DNA from: Halorhodospira halophila SL1
GTDB taxonomy: Bacteria; Pseudomonadota; Gammaproteobacteria; Nitrococcales; Halorhodospiraceae
DNA: 32,000 bases
NCBI RefSeq assembly: GCF_000015585.1
Contig: NC_008789.1
Location: 810,001-842,000, forward strand
Reading direction: 5' to 3'
Shown here one piece after another: positions 18,261-25,800 of the stretch. The notes under the pieces were generated by a model. It did no database searches, was not told where the DNA came from, and saw only the letters and a program-made list of their open reading frames with translations. Position 1 is the first letter of the stretch. Every line of letters begins with the position of its first letter. Position numbers and translations under genes: made by a program.

Positions 18261-19448
18261 TCACAGCCCCTGCGTACGCTCCACGACCCAGCGAAAACCG
18301 ATGCGCTCCTGCTCAAGGCGGACGCGCTCGCCGATGCGATCCTGGCGCAGATCCTCGAACAGCGCAGCCTCGGCTTCGGTCAGACGCGCCAGATCGCCGA
18401 GGAAGCGGTGCTCGCTCGGCTCCGCGGTCCACAGGGGGCGGTGCGCTTCCAGCGTGGCCCGGTCCATGAGGAGCGACTCGGCCTGCGGCAGCGCCCGACG
18501 CAGCCGGTTGAGGATGGCGAAGCCGTGGGTGTCGATATCCCCCCAGTAGGCGACACGCACGCGGTGCAGCCAGGGCACCTCGGCCAGGCGCTCGAGGCCG
18601 TAGCCGAGACCGAACACCACCAGCGCGCGGGGGTGCGCCGGGAAGGCGAGGCCGTTGGTCTTGTTCTCGGTGATGAAGACCGTCTCCACCGCCGGCGCCA
18701 GTGCCTGGAACTGCTCGGCGGGGATGGTCAAATCGGTGAGCCCGGCGATGGCGCACGCCGGATCGAGCACCCGAAAGCGCACCAGCGGCGGCTCCTGGCA
18801 CAACCCGTAGCGTTCGGCGAAACGCCGGGCGCCGGTGGCCTCGGCCTGGATGGCCTCGGCCGGCAGGACTGCATCGAGCAGCTCCATGAGCAGCTTGCGC
18901 CGGGCCTCGATGAACTTCGTATCCACTCCCGGGATATCGAGCTGGCGGAGGTAGACGCCGGGGCGCGGATGGTCCCGGAAGTAGCGCAGCACCGCGAGGA
19001 TCCGATCCCACGCCTCGGCGTGCTCCAGCACGGTCAGCGGCCGGCGGGCCAGCCAGTCGGCCAGCTCCGGGAACGCCGCCAGGCCCTGTCGGCAGAGGGC
19101 GTCGAAACGCTCTGCCTCCTGGCGGCGGCCGATCAGGCGCAGGGCGTCGGCCTCGGTCGGTACAACGGCGCCGGCCGGTAGCTCATTGCGGCCGTGGACG
19201 CGGTGACGGACGGTGCGCCACTGGATCTCGAAACCGTAACCGCGCTGCGCCCGGTCGGCGGCGGCGAGGCGCTGCACCCACTGCCGAACGCCCTCGAAGT
19301 CCTCGGCCAGTTCGCGGGAGCCCGGACGGCGGAGCCGCAGGCTCAGCGGGAAGAGCGCGGCACCGGTCACCCGCGCAGCGAGCAGTTCGCCCCGATCCCA
19401 GCGCTTCTGCACCTGCTGGCGCAGATCGGCGGGGGTCGTCCAGCTCAT
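18261..19448 (-). CDS. jetD: Wadjet JetD (DUF3322 N-domain + Toprim-like DUF2220 C-domain)
   Basis: 395 aa from ATG 19446-19448 (MSWTTPADLRQQVQKRWDRGELL...). C-terminal YWGDIDTHGFAILNRLR. ATGA overlap with the jetC stop. Confidence 0.8.
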   Translation of the reverse strand: MSWTTPADLRQQVQKRWDRGELLAARVTGAALFPLSLRLRRPGSRELAEDFEGVRQWVQRLAAADRAQRGYGFEIQWRTVRHRVHGRNELPAGAVVPTEADALRLIGRRQEAERFDALCRQGLAAFPELADWLARRPLTVLEHAEAWDRILAVLRYFRDHPRPGVYLRQLDIPGVDTKFIEARRKLLMELLDAVLPAEAIQAEATGARRFAERYGLCQEPPLVRFRVLDPACAIAGLTDLTIPAEQFQALAPAVETVFITENKTNGLAFPAHPRALVVFGLGYGLERLAEVPWLHRVRVAYWGDIDTHGFAILNRLRRALPQAESLLMDRATLEAHRPLWTAEPSEHRFLGDLARLTEAEAALFEDLRQDRIGERVRLEQERIGFRWVVERTQGL

Positions 19449-20833
19449 CCGCTGGTTGCCGCGCGCCGGATGGCCTTTTCGGCGTGGTACGCCTCGATGC
19501 TCAGATGGCGCAGCAGCGAGAAGCACCCGCCTTCGCCGTGGACGAAGCCGACACTGGCGACGAAGCGCTCGATGATCGCCCTGACCTGGAGGAACTTGCG
19601 CTCGTTGTACTGGGCGTCCTCGGAGCCGGTCACCGTATCCTCGGTGCAGGCCCGGAGCTGCTCGCGGAAGTCGCGGACCTCGGGGTCGGTGGTGGTGTCG
19701 GCGACCAGCTCGATGTAGCGCCCCGAGTTGTAGTCGATATCGAACAGCGAGGCGTTGATGGTTGCGATGCGCTCGCGGATCTGCGCGCGCTCTTTGTTGA
19801 GCTGGGCGTTGAAGTTGGCGATCTCGCGGATGGTGTTCTCGTTGAGCAGCTCCTTGAACCGGGCCTCGAAGCGGGGCAGGTCGTCCTCCTGGAGGGCGGC
19901 GATCTTCGCCTCGTTGGACCAGCCGAGGACGAAGCGGGAGCGGTCGTCGATGCGGTGGCGGTCGTCCTTCTCGTGGCGATCCCCGCCCGCCTTGATCTGC
20001 CCGGCCGGGGTGATGGCGCGATCCTCGCGCCGGAAGGTCTCCAGATCCCGGGTGCAGGCGTAGTCGAAGCGCCGACCCAGCTCCTGCTCCAGCCAGGCGT
20101 AGAACGCCGAGTCGGGACGGATGGCGATCTTACGCACCAGGGACTCGGGGTGCAGCGCGGGCGGCTCACTGCTGCGCGGCTCGCGCACCCGGTAGTAGAC
20201 CAGCCGGCCACGCAGGTGGCTGCGATCCACCCAGCCGGCCACGGCGCGGTAGTGCGCCTCCGGGACCAGGAGCGAGAGGCCGAAGTTGTGGAGCAGCCGC
20301 TCGATGGCCCCCTCCCAGTCCGTCTCCTGCTCATGGACCTGGAGGAGCTCACCGGCGAAGGGGACGGCCTCCTCATCGAGGCTCAGCTCCTGGCACAGGC
20401 GCTGGCGCAGCTCCAGCATGCGCGCCGGGATGTTGGAGCGGCGCTGACGCAGCGACTCCAGCTCCTCTTCCAGGCCGGCGTGCTCGGCACGCAGGTCGCG
20501 CATGCTCACCTGCGCCTCGGTTTGCTGGTTCTGGAGCCGGGTCAGCGCCTCTTCGGCGGCCTCGCGCTCGCCGGCCGCTGCCTGCTGGTTGGCGCGGAAG
20601 ACCTCCGCCGACTCAGCCAGCGGCAGCCCCAGGGCGCGGGCCAGCTCGTTGTAGGTGCGGGCACTGGCGCTGCGCCGCTCCTTCTCCTCGCTCTTGCGGG
20701 CGATCTCCGCCTTGAGCCGCTCCAGGCGATCCCCGCCATTGTCGGCGATGGCCTGCTTGAGCTCGTCGCGCTGGCCCTGCTGCTCGCCGTAGGTCCGGTC
20801 GAGCTGGGCGATCCGATCCTCCAGGCGGGTGAT
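19445..20833 (-). pseudogene. jetC: Wadjet JetC (SMC-like ATPase) remnant: coiled-coil/hinge only
   Basis: Hand translation extends the frame upstream of the ORF-track start to about 20833 (ITRLEDRIAQLDRTYGEQQGQRDELKQAIADNGGDRLERLKAEI...). No Walker A head; the C-terminal head is missing apart from the last about 38 aa (FVASVGFVHGEGG...). Confidence 0.7.
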
Positions 20834-21851
20834 CGCGCACGGCCAGGGCGTGCTGCTCCACCCCCTGGATCAGGTCCATGATGCGGCGGTTCTCCAGCCA
20901 GGCCTGGTCATCGAGGAACTTGCGCAGCTGCGCCGACAGCCGCGAGACGGTGCGCTGGGTCTCCTCGCCGGCATCCAACCAGTCGTGGTGGATGCGCGCC
21001 AGCCGGCGGTCCGGCCCCAGGGTCTGGACCGGTTCGAGTTCCAGGACGCGCTCGAGCAGATCGGTGAGCTCCTCCTGACGCGCCGGCGACATGAGAAACC
21101 CCCAGAAGGCCCGGAAGCTCTTGCCCTGGTCCGAGTCGGCGATGGCGTCGGCCTCCCCGAAGACCTCACCGAGCAGCGCCCCCTTGCTGCCGCCCCAGGT
21201 GGTGATGCGCTCGCGCACCTGGCGGTCGAGTTCACGGAAGTTCTGCTCCACCTGCCGGAAGTCGGAGAGCAGCCCGCGGGCCGTGCGCTCCACCTGGTAG
21301 AAGCGCTCCTTGATCTGCGTCTCGTCCAGCAGCGCCAGCTGCCCATCGCGGATGGCGGCAATCTCGGCGTCGATCTCGGCACGCCGGCGCTCCAGGGCCT
21401 CGATCCGCGCCTCGGGGTCGGTCTCCGCCCCCTGGACCACCTGACGGAGCAGATCGAAGACCGTCATCAGCCGCGACTCCGCCCCCACGAACTGCCGCTC
21501 CTGGAGCTCGTCGAGCCAGCCGAGCGCCGTCTCCGTCGCCGGGGTCAGATCGAAGTGCGGCTCGTCGGTATTCGGCGGGTAGAACTTGCGCAGCCAGCCC
21601 CGTTCGTCCGCCGCCCAGTCATTGAGATACTCCGCCGCCGAGCGTGGATAGACCGCCTCGCCCAACTCCTCGCGCAGGCCGTGCAGGTAGTCCTCCAGGG
21701 CGTTGGTCAGCTCCCCCTGGGCGCGCGCCCGGCAATTGGGCTCGACGAAGGCACGATGCAGGAAGCCGAGCACCAGCGGCGCGCTATCGGCAGCGAGCAG
21801 CCGCCAGGCCGGGTGGTGACGGCGCAGGGTGTCGAGGTGGTGGTAATCCAT
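20826..21851 (-). pseudogene. jetA: Wadjet JetA (DUF3375) truncated at about residue 340
   Basis: MDYHHLDTLRRHHPAWRLLAADSAPLVLGFL... is typical JetA. Recognisable sequence ends at ...IQGVEQHALAVRDHP, and the rest of the ORF-track product is out-of-frame jetC sequence. Confidence 0.7.
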
Positions 21852-21994
21852 GCTCGGCTCGCTCGCTGATCCTGCCCCAAGGTGATCCGGTACGGGAACC
21901 GGAAACGGCGGCGGCCGTCAACGGGCCGACCCACTCGCCGGCACCCGCGATGGCCGGGCGTGTGCGGACCGACCACGGTGCTTGGGGCCCCCCA

Positions 21995-22301
21995 TCACCC
22001 CAGGCGGTTCTCCACCGGCGTGCCGCTCATGGCCACCCGGGCCGCACCGGGGATGGATTGGCCGAGACCGTACCCCCATCCACCGTCAGCGCCTGAACCG
22101 AACCGTTGTTGGCATACCGCCGCCCCCGCGGACGCCCCGCCGCAGCTCACTAACCGTGACGACGGACAGAAACAGGCCATGACCGTCGGCCGCTGAGCGC
22201 TCAAAAAACTGCCGTACACCGGAGTTGGCGCGCCCGCCTTTTCTGGCCTCGCTGATGACGTTGGTGTCAATCAAAAACACGCGGCGCGCCCTCCTGATCA
22301 T
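21995..22301 (-). pseudogene. PIN-domain toxin (FitB/VapC-like), frameshifted or degenerate
   Basis: N-terminus MIRRARRVFLIDTNVISEARKG...LSVVTVSELRRGV is PIN-like. The frame then dies, and weak PIN-like remnants (ADGGWGYGLGQSIPG...) sit in another frame. Confidence 0.5.
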
Positions 22302-22345
22302 CGGCGCGCTGGAAGTCATCGTCACGGCCGACGTCTGGCATGGAG
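22267..22345 (-). pseudogene. C-terminal stump of the cognate FitA/VapB-type antitoxin
   Basis: ...ASMPDVGRDDDFQRADDQEGAPRVFD* overlaps the PIN start. The 5' part is replaced at about 22340 by unrelated plus-strand sequence. Confidence 0.45.
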
Positions 22346-22463
22346 GCAAGCAGTGATAGCATCTCTAGCTTACCAACGGATGACGAGGGTATCCTCGTGG
22401 AGCGAGCGTTCGGGTCCACGGTCAACGGGACCGCCACCCCCGAGAGTGACCTCGACGTGGTCG
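22340..22463 (+). pseudogene. N-terminal fragment of an MntA-like nucleotidyltransferase
   Basis: MEASSDSISSLPTDDEGILVERAFGSTVNGTATPESDLDVVAL carries the GS-x9-SDLD NTase motif. About 80% DNA identity to 28858-28935, then breaks off. Confidence 0.6.
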
Positions 22464-22508
22464 CTCTGGACTCAGATCGAGCGCAGCGATCGCTCCCTGG
22501 CCACCTGA
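22464..22508 (+). pseudogene. 3'-terminal stump of a HEPN gene
   Basis: Reads SLWTQIERSDRSLAT* in its own frame. This is a DNA/protein match to the end of the HEPN gene at 23254-23298 (AFWIQIERSYRSLVA*). Confidence 0.55.
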
Positions 22509-22519
22509 GAAGATCGCTT

Positions 22520-22828
22520 ATGCGCCTTACGCAACGCCAGCGGGAGGTCATTCAGCAAGCAGCACGACGGGCCTTTGGCCCTGGCGCGCGGGTCAAGCTG
22601 TTCGGCTCCCGCCTCGACGATCAGGCCCGAGGCGGCGATTTCGACCTCCACGTCGAGACCTCCGAGGCGGATCCTGAGCGCCTCGTCGCGGCGCGGCTGT
22701 CCTTCCTCCAGGCACTCCATGCCGATCCAGCCCTGGAGGATGAGAAGATCGACGTGGTCGTTCAGAGCCCCTTGCACAGCGCGAGGCCGATCGACCAGGT
22801 GGCCAGGCAGGAAGGCGTCGAGCTATGA
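22520..22828 (+). CDS. Minimal nucleotidyltransferase (MntA-like antitoxin candidate)
   Basis: 102 aa from ATG 22520. KLFGSRLDDQARGGDFDLHVE NTase motif; ATGA overlap with the downstream HEPN gene. Confidence 0.7.
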   Translation: MRLTQRQREVIQQAARRAFGPGARVKLFGSRLDDQARGGDFDLHVETSEADPERLVAARLSFLQALHADPALEDEKIDVVVQSPLHSARPIDQVARQEGVEL

Positions 22829-23298
22829 GCAGCGGCAACCGGGCCAAACTTCAGGAAGCGGTCGATGCCTGCACCTGGCACGCCGAGATCTTGCACGAGG
22901 ACCTGGCGGAGCACGGCGATCACCGCTACGACGCCCCATACGTCGCGCACCTCGACCGAGGCAGACTGCGCTTACTGGACCAGATGGCCTACCGCTTCAC
23001 CAAGCTCCAGGACACCATCGGCCAGCAAGCCTTACCCGGCATCCTGGAGCTCGCCGAGGAGCCGCTGCCGCCGGAAACCCCCTTCGCGCAGAAGCTCCAG
23101 CAGCTTGAGCGCATCGGCGTCATCCCCTCTGCCGAAACATGGCGCGAACTGCGCGAGACCCGGAACGCGATCGCCCACGAGTACCCGGATCAGCCCGAGA
23201 TCCGGGCCGCGGTCCTGAACCGCTTCCTGCAAGATGTGGAGAAGCTCCTCGCGTTCTGGATCCAGATCGAGCGCAGCTATCGCTCCCTTGTCGCCTGA
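22825..23298 (+). CDS. HEPN-domain protein (HepT-like toxin candidate)
   Basis: 157 aa with an R-x4-H-x-Y motif RNAIAHEY, coupled to the NTase gene. Confidence 0.7.
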   Translation: MSSGNRAKLQEAVDACTWHAEILHEDLAEHGDHRYDAPYVAHLDRGRLRLLDQMAYRFTKLQDTIGQQALPGILELAEEPLPPETPFAQKLQQLERIGVIPSAETWRELRETRNAIAHEYPDQPEIRAAVLNRFLQDVEKLLAFWIQIERSYRSLVA

Positions 23299-23312
23299 AC
23301 AAGCGAACCCCC

Positions 23313-23369
23313 ATGAACCCCGCAGCACTCCGCCTGCAGGTGCTGCGCGCCGAGGCAGGATTGCCGCAC
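23313..23369 (+). pseudogene. 5' fragment (19 codons) of a MarR-family EPS-regulator paralogue
   Basis: MNPAALRLQVLRAEAGLPH, compared with MDTEELHLQVLRLLDDNPH of the intact gene at 30678. DNA homology also covers about 20 nt upstream of the ATG. It ends exactly at the integrase stop codon. Confidence 0.6.
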
Positions 23370-24523
23370 TATTGGCTCGCCATCATCGCCTCGAACGCGG
23401 AACCGTCGTCGCCCAGGGCATTCGCCACGAAGGGGGCGTAGCGCTCGAAGAGCATCTTCGTCGAGGAGTGGCCAAGCAGCCGGGAGACGAATAACGGATT
23501 CTCGCCGGCAGCCAGGTGGAGCACGGCGGCCGTATGGCGGGTCTGGTAGACCCGTCGCGGGGCCAGACCGAGGGCCTTGAGGGTAGGCTTCCAGACCTGC
23601 TCGGCCACCCAGCTCGGGTGAAGCGGCCGCCCGTCCGAGCGCGTAAAGACGTAGTCGTCACCCTGCCGACCCCGAATGTGCCGATCCAGCTCCGCCGCCA
23701 ACCCCGGCGACAAGGGGATATCCCGCCGGGTCTTGCGGTGCTTGAGGGTCGTCTGCCGCCCATCGACCCGGGCCTCGCGAACCCGCAGCTGCCGGCGCTC
23801 CAGGTCCACGTAGCACACCTTCAGGCCGTCGACCTCGCAGCTGCGCAACCCGGTATAGAAACGCAGCTTAAAGTAGAGGTAGTAATCCGGATCGACGGCG
23901 GCGAGGAAGGCGTGGACCTGCTCCGCGGTCAGCGGCATGGGATCGTCGCGATCGTCGCGCAGGGGCCGGATTTGGCGCATGGGGTGCTCGATCCCGAGTT
24001 CGCTTTCGGCGAAGCGCATCACGCCGGCGAGGGGCGTGAGGATGAAGTTGATACGGGCGTTGCTCAGCCGACGCTCGCCGCGGGCGTTGGTGAGCTCCAG
24101 GAGTTCGTGCCGAAAGGCGCGGACCGCGCGCTCGGTGATCTGATCCAACGGCCACTCGCCGAAGTGCGGAATCAGATAGCCCTCCAGAACACCGCACACC
24201 CGCCGCGCGTAGCTCTCCTTCCAGTCCCCGAGGTGGAGCTGATACCACTGCCACGCGTAGGGGCCGAAGCGCTGATCCGGCGCTCGCGAGCCCTGCTCGC
24301 GCAGCCAGCGCTGCGCCTCGGCCAGCTTGCGGCTGTTGGGGAACCAGGCCGCATAATCGAACGTCCCCATCTCGATCTCGGCGTTGATCCGCCGCAGATC
24401 ACGCCGGATCCGCCGGCGATTCTCGGGCGTATCGCGCAGCCCGGAGGTCTCGCGGAAGCGCCTTCCGTACAGACACAGATCGTACTGCAGCACCCCATTG
24501 GGGCGGACACAGAAACTCGCCAT
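23369..24523 (-). CDS. int: Tyrosine site-specific integrase (phage type, DUF3596-like arm-binding N-terminus)
   Basis: 384 aa from ATG 24521-24523 behind ggagagg. Catalytic signature R (YTGLRSCE), H-x-x-R (TRHTAA), LLGHSS...ERY. Confidence 0.85.
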   Translation of the reverse strand: MASFCVRPNGVLQYDLCLYGRRFRETSGLRDTPENRRRIRRDLRRINAEIEMGTFDYAAWFPNSRKLAEAQRWLREQGSRAPDQRFGPYAWQWYQLHLGDWKESYARRVCGVLEGYLIPHFGEWPLDQITERAVRAFRHELLELTNARGERRLSNARINFILTPLAGVMRFAESELGIEHPMRQIRPLRDDRDDPMPLTAEQVHAFLAAVDPDYYLYFKLRFYTGLRSCEVDGLKVCYVDLERRQLRVREARVDGRQTTLKHRKTRRDIPLSPGLAAELDRHIRGRQGDDYVFTRSDGRPLHPSWVAEQVWKPTLKALGLAPRRVYQTRHTAAVLHLAAGENPLFVSRLLGHSSTKMLFERYAPFVANALGDDGSAFEAMMASQ

Positions 24524-24673
24524 GACCTTCACCTCTCCTTCCCTGGAGACGATGATCAATCGTACGCCCGAACGGGCGGTCTACGTCCACCACTGGCTGA
24601 CGGGAGCACTTGCTTCGCGGATCGCATATGAGCGCGGTGGCGGCGGATGGCCCCCAAACAGGCGGTCGCGGTG

Positions 24674-24767
24674 CCGCGCGGTCAGGGCTGCCGGGAACTG
24701 TTAAAGTGAAGGAATGGAGCAGACCCCGCAGCATCCGCAGTTGCACTCGGTCAGCCAGCGGCTCGCC
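24674..24767. repeat. Repeat R, copy 1 (longest)
   Basis: ccgcgcggtcagggctgccgggaactgttaaagtgaaggaatggagcagaccccgcagcatccgcagttgcactcggtcagccagcggctcgcc. Partial copies lie at 28784-28850 and 29324-29379. Confidence 0.9.
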
Positions 24768-24888
24768 AGTCCAGTGCCTTGCGCGGCCGCTGGTTGAGAA
24801 GGCGCGCAATATCGTTGAGTTGGGTCTGGCTCGGCTCGCTGAGATCGGCGCCCTGGTCCAGGGCCTGTGCGAATCGGGTACTGGACAT
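24751..24888 (-). pseudogene. C-terminal stump of an IS30-family transposase
   Basis: ...DLSEPSQTQLNDIARLLNQRPRKALDW... carries the LN-x-RPRK-x-L motif typical of IS30-family transposase C-termini. There is no catalytic DDE region. Confidence 0.55.
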
Positions 24889-24910
24889 CAACCGGACCCC
24901 CCGCCATTCT

Positions 24911-24934
24911 TTGGATGTACATGAGCGTGTGTAC
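24911..24934 (+). promoter_or_regulatory. Candidate vapBC promoter/operator
   Basis: TTGGAT followed by inverted repeat GTACA-N8-TGTAC (24917-24934) and TACTAG, 36 nt upstream of vapB. Confidence 0.3.
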
Positions 24935-24969
24935 TAGGCCGCCCGAGCGTATCCGGCCAGGGGGGAACC

Positions 24970-25224
24970 ATGAGCGAACACATTACCCGCGTATTCCAGA
25001 ACGGAAACAGCCAGGCGGTGCGTATCCCCGCCGCATACCGCCTGGATAGCGACCGCGTTTTGATCGAGCGCAATGAACGCGGCGATCTGGTGTTGCATCC
25101 GTTGCCCGAGAGGCGCGGCGATTCACTGCTGGCGGCCCTGGAGGGGTTTGACGACGAGTTCATTGCGGCCTTGGAAGAGGAGCGGGACCAGCCGCAACCA
25201 CCCCAGGACCGGGAGTCGCTGTGA
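24970..25224 (+). CDS. vapB: AbrB/SpoVT-fold antitoxin VapB
   Basis: 84 aa. FQNGNSQAVRIPAAYRL is the classic VapB/MazE-type swapped-hairpin motif. GTGA overlap with vapC. Confidence 0.85.
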   Translation: MSEHITRVFQNGNSQAVRIPAAYRLDSDRVLIERNERGDLVLHPLPERRGDSLLAALEGFDDEFIAALEEERDQPQPPQDRESL

Positions 25225-25493
25225 CTTACCTCCTGGACACGAACATCTTGATCTACCTGATCAAGAACCGCCCTCCCGCCGTGGCTGAGCGGGTCAACGC
25301 CCTGCCCAGGGAAGATCTGCTCTGCATGTCGTTCGTGACCTTCGCGGAACAGCTCAAGGGCGCAGAAAGAAGCACCCGGAAAGCGCAGGTCCTGCAGAGC
25401 CTGGAAAGGCTGAAACAGGAAATCATCGTGGTTTATCCCGATAGCCCCGTCATATGCCACCACTACGCGGAACAGTTCACCCTCTTGAACAAG
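25221..25493 (+). pseudogene. vapC: PIN toxin VapC, 5' two-thirds, interrupted by an IS200/IS605-family element
   Basis: MTYLLDTNILIYLIKNRPPAVAERV... aligns with plasmid MvpT/VapC up to ...HYAEQFTLLNK. After that the frame reads into the IS left end. Confidence 0.75.
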
Positions 25494-25510
25494 TGCCCGC
25501 CGCATTCCGC

Positions 25511-25537
25511 GACTCAATTCCCGTCAGGGAATGAGTC
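25511..25537 (+). repeat. Left-end subterminal hairpin
   Basis: gactcaattccc-gtca-gggaatgagtc with one bulged A. Confidence 0.7.
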
Positions 25538-25569
25538 GTCGGTCAAGGCGGGCTTTCTTGGCTGAGGAC

Positions 25570-25700
25570 CTAGTGCTTCACGGTGTAGAGGTTGGCCCCG
25601 CCGGTCGTTGTGACCGCATAGGCGCGCGACCAGAAATAGGGCTTCCAGAACCACTGCGCGAGATGCTCAGATGCGCGTGATCGGCCTCGCCGTTGCACTC
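25570..25700 (-). pseudogene. tnpA: IS200-type Y1 (HUH) transposase TnpA remnant
   Basis: C-terminal ...EHLAQWFWKPYFWSRAYAVTTTGGANLYTVKH*. An HUH piece ECNGEADHAHL lies in a different frame immediately upstream, so roughly 40 codons are missing and the frame is shifted. Confidence 0.55.
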
Positions 25701-25800
25701 AGTGAGTGCTGCAGCCCCAATTGCCGATCACATCAACAAATGCGGGTTCTCAGCGTTGTGTTCGATTGCACTTTAATTCCTGATCTGAAACAATTTCGCC

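Noticed and set aside
19484-21869. 465-aa and 346-aa plus-strand ORFs over the Wadjet remnant
   Set aside because: Both are antisense shadows. The minus strand carries recognisable JetA/JetC/JetD sequence.
25543-25572. Similarity between the sequence after the left hairpin (gggctttcttggctgaggac) and the vapC tail after the right hairpin (aggcttcaaagtggaggac)
   Set aside because: This could mean the hairpin repeat is part of a duplicated vapC end rather than an IS end. However, the match needs a 7-nt gap and covers only about 11 identities. The tnpA/tnpB content between the hairpins fits the IS model better. I kept it as a caveat only.
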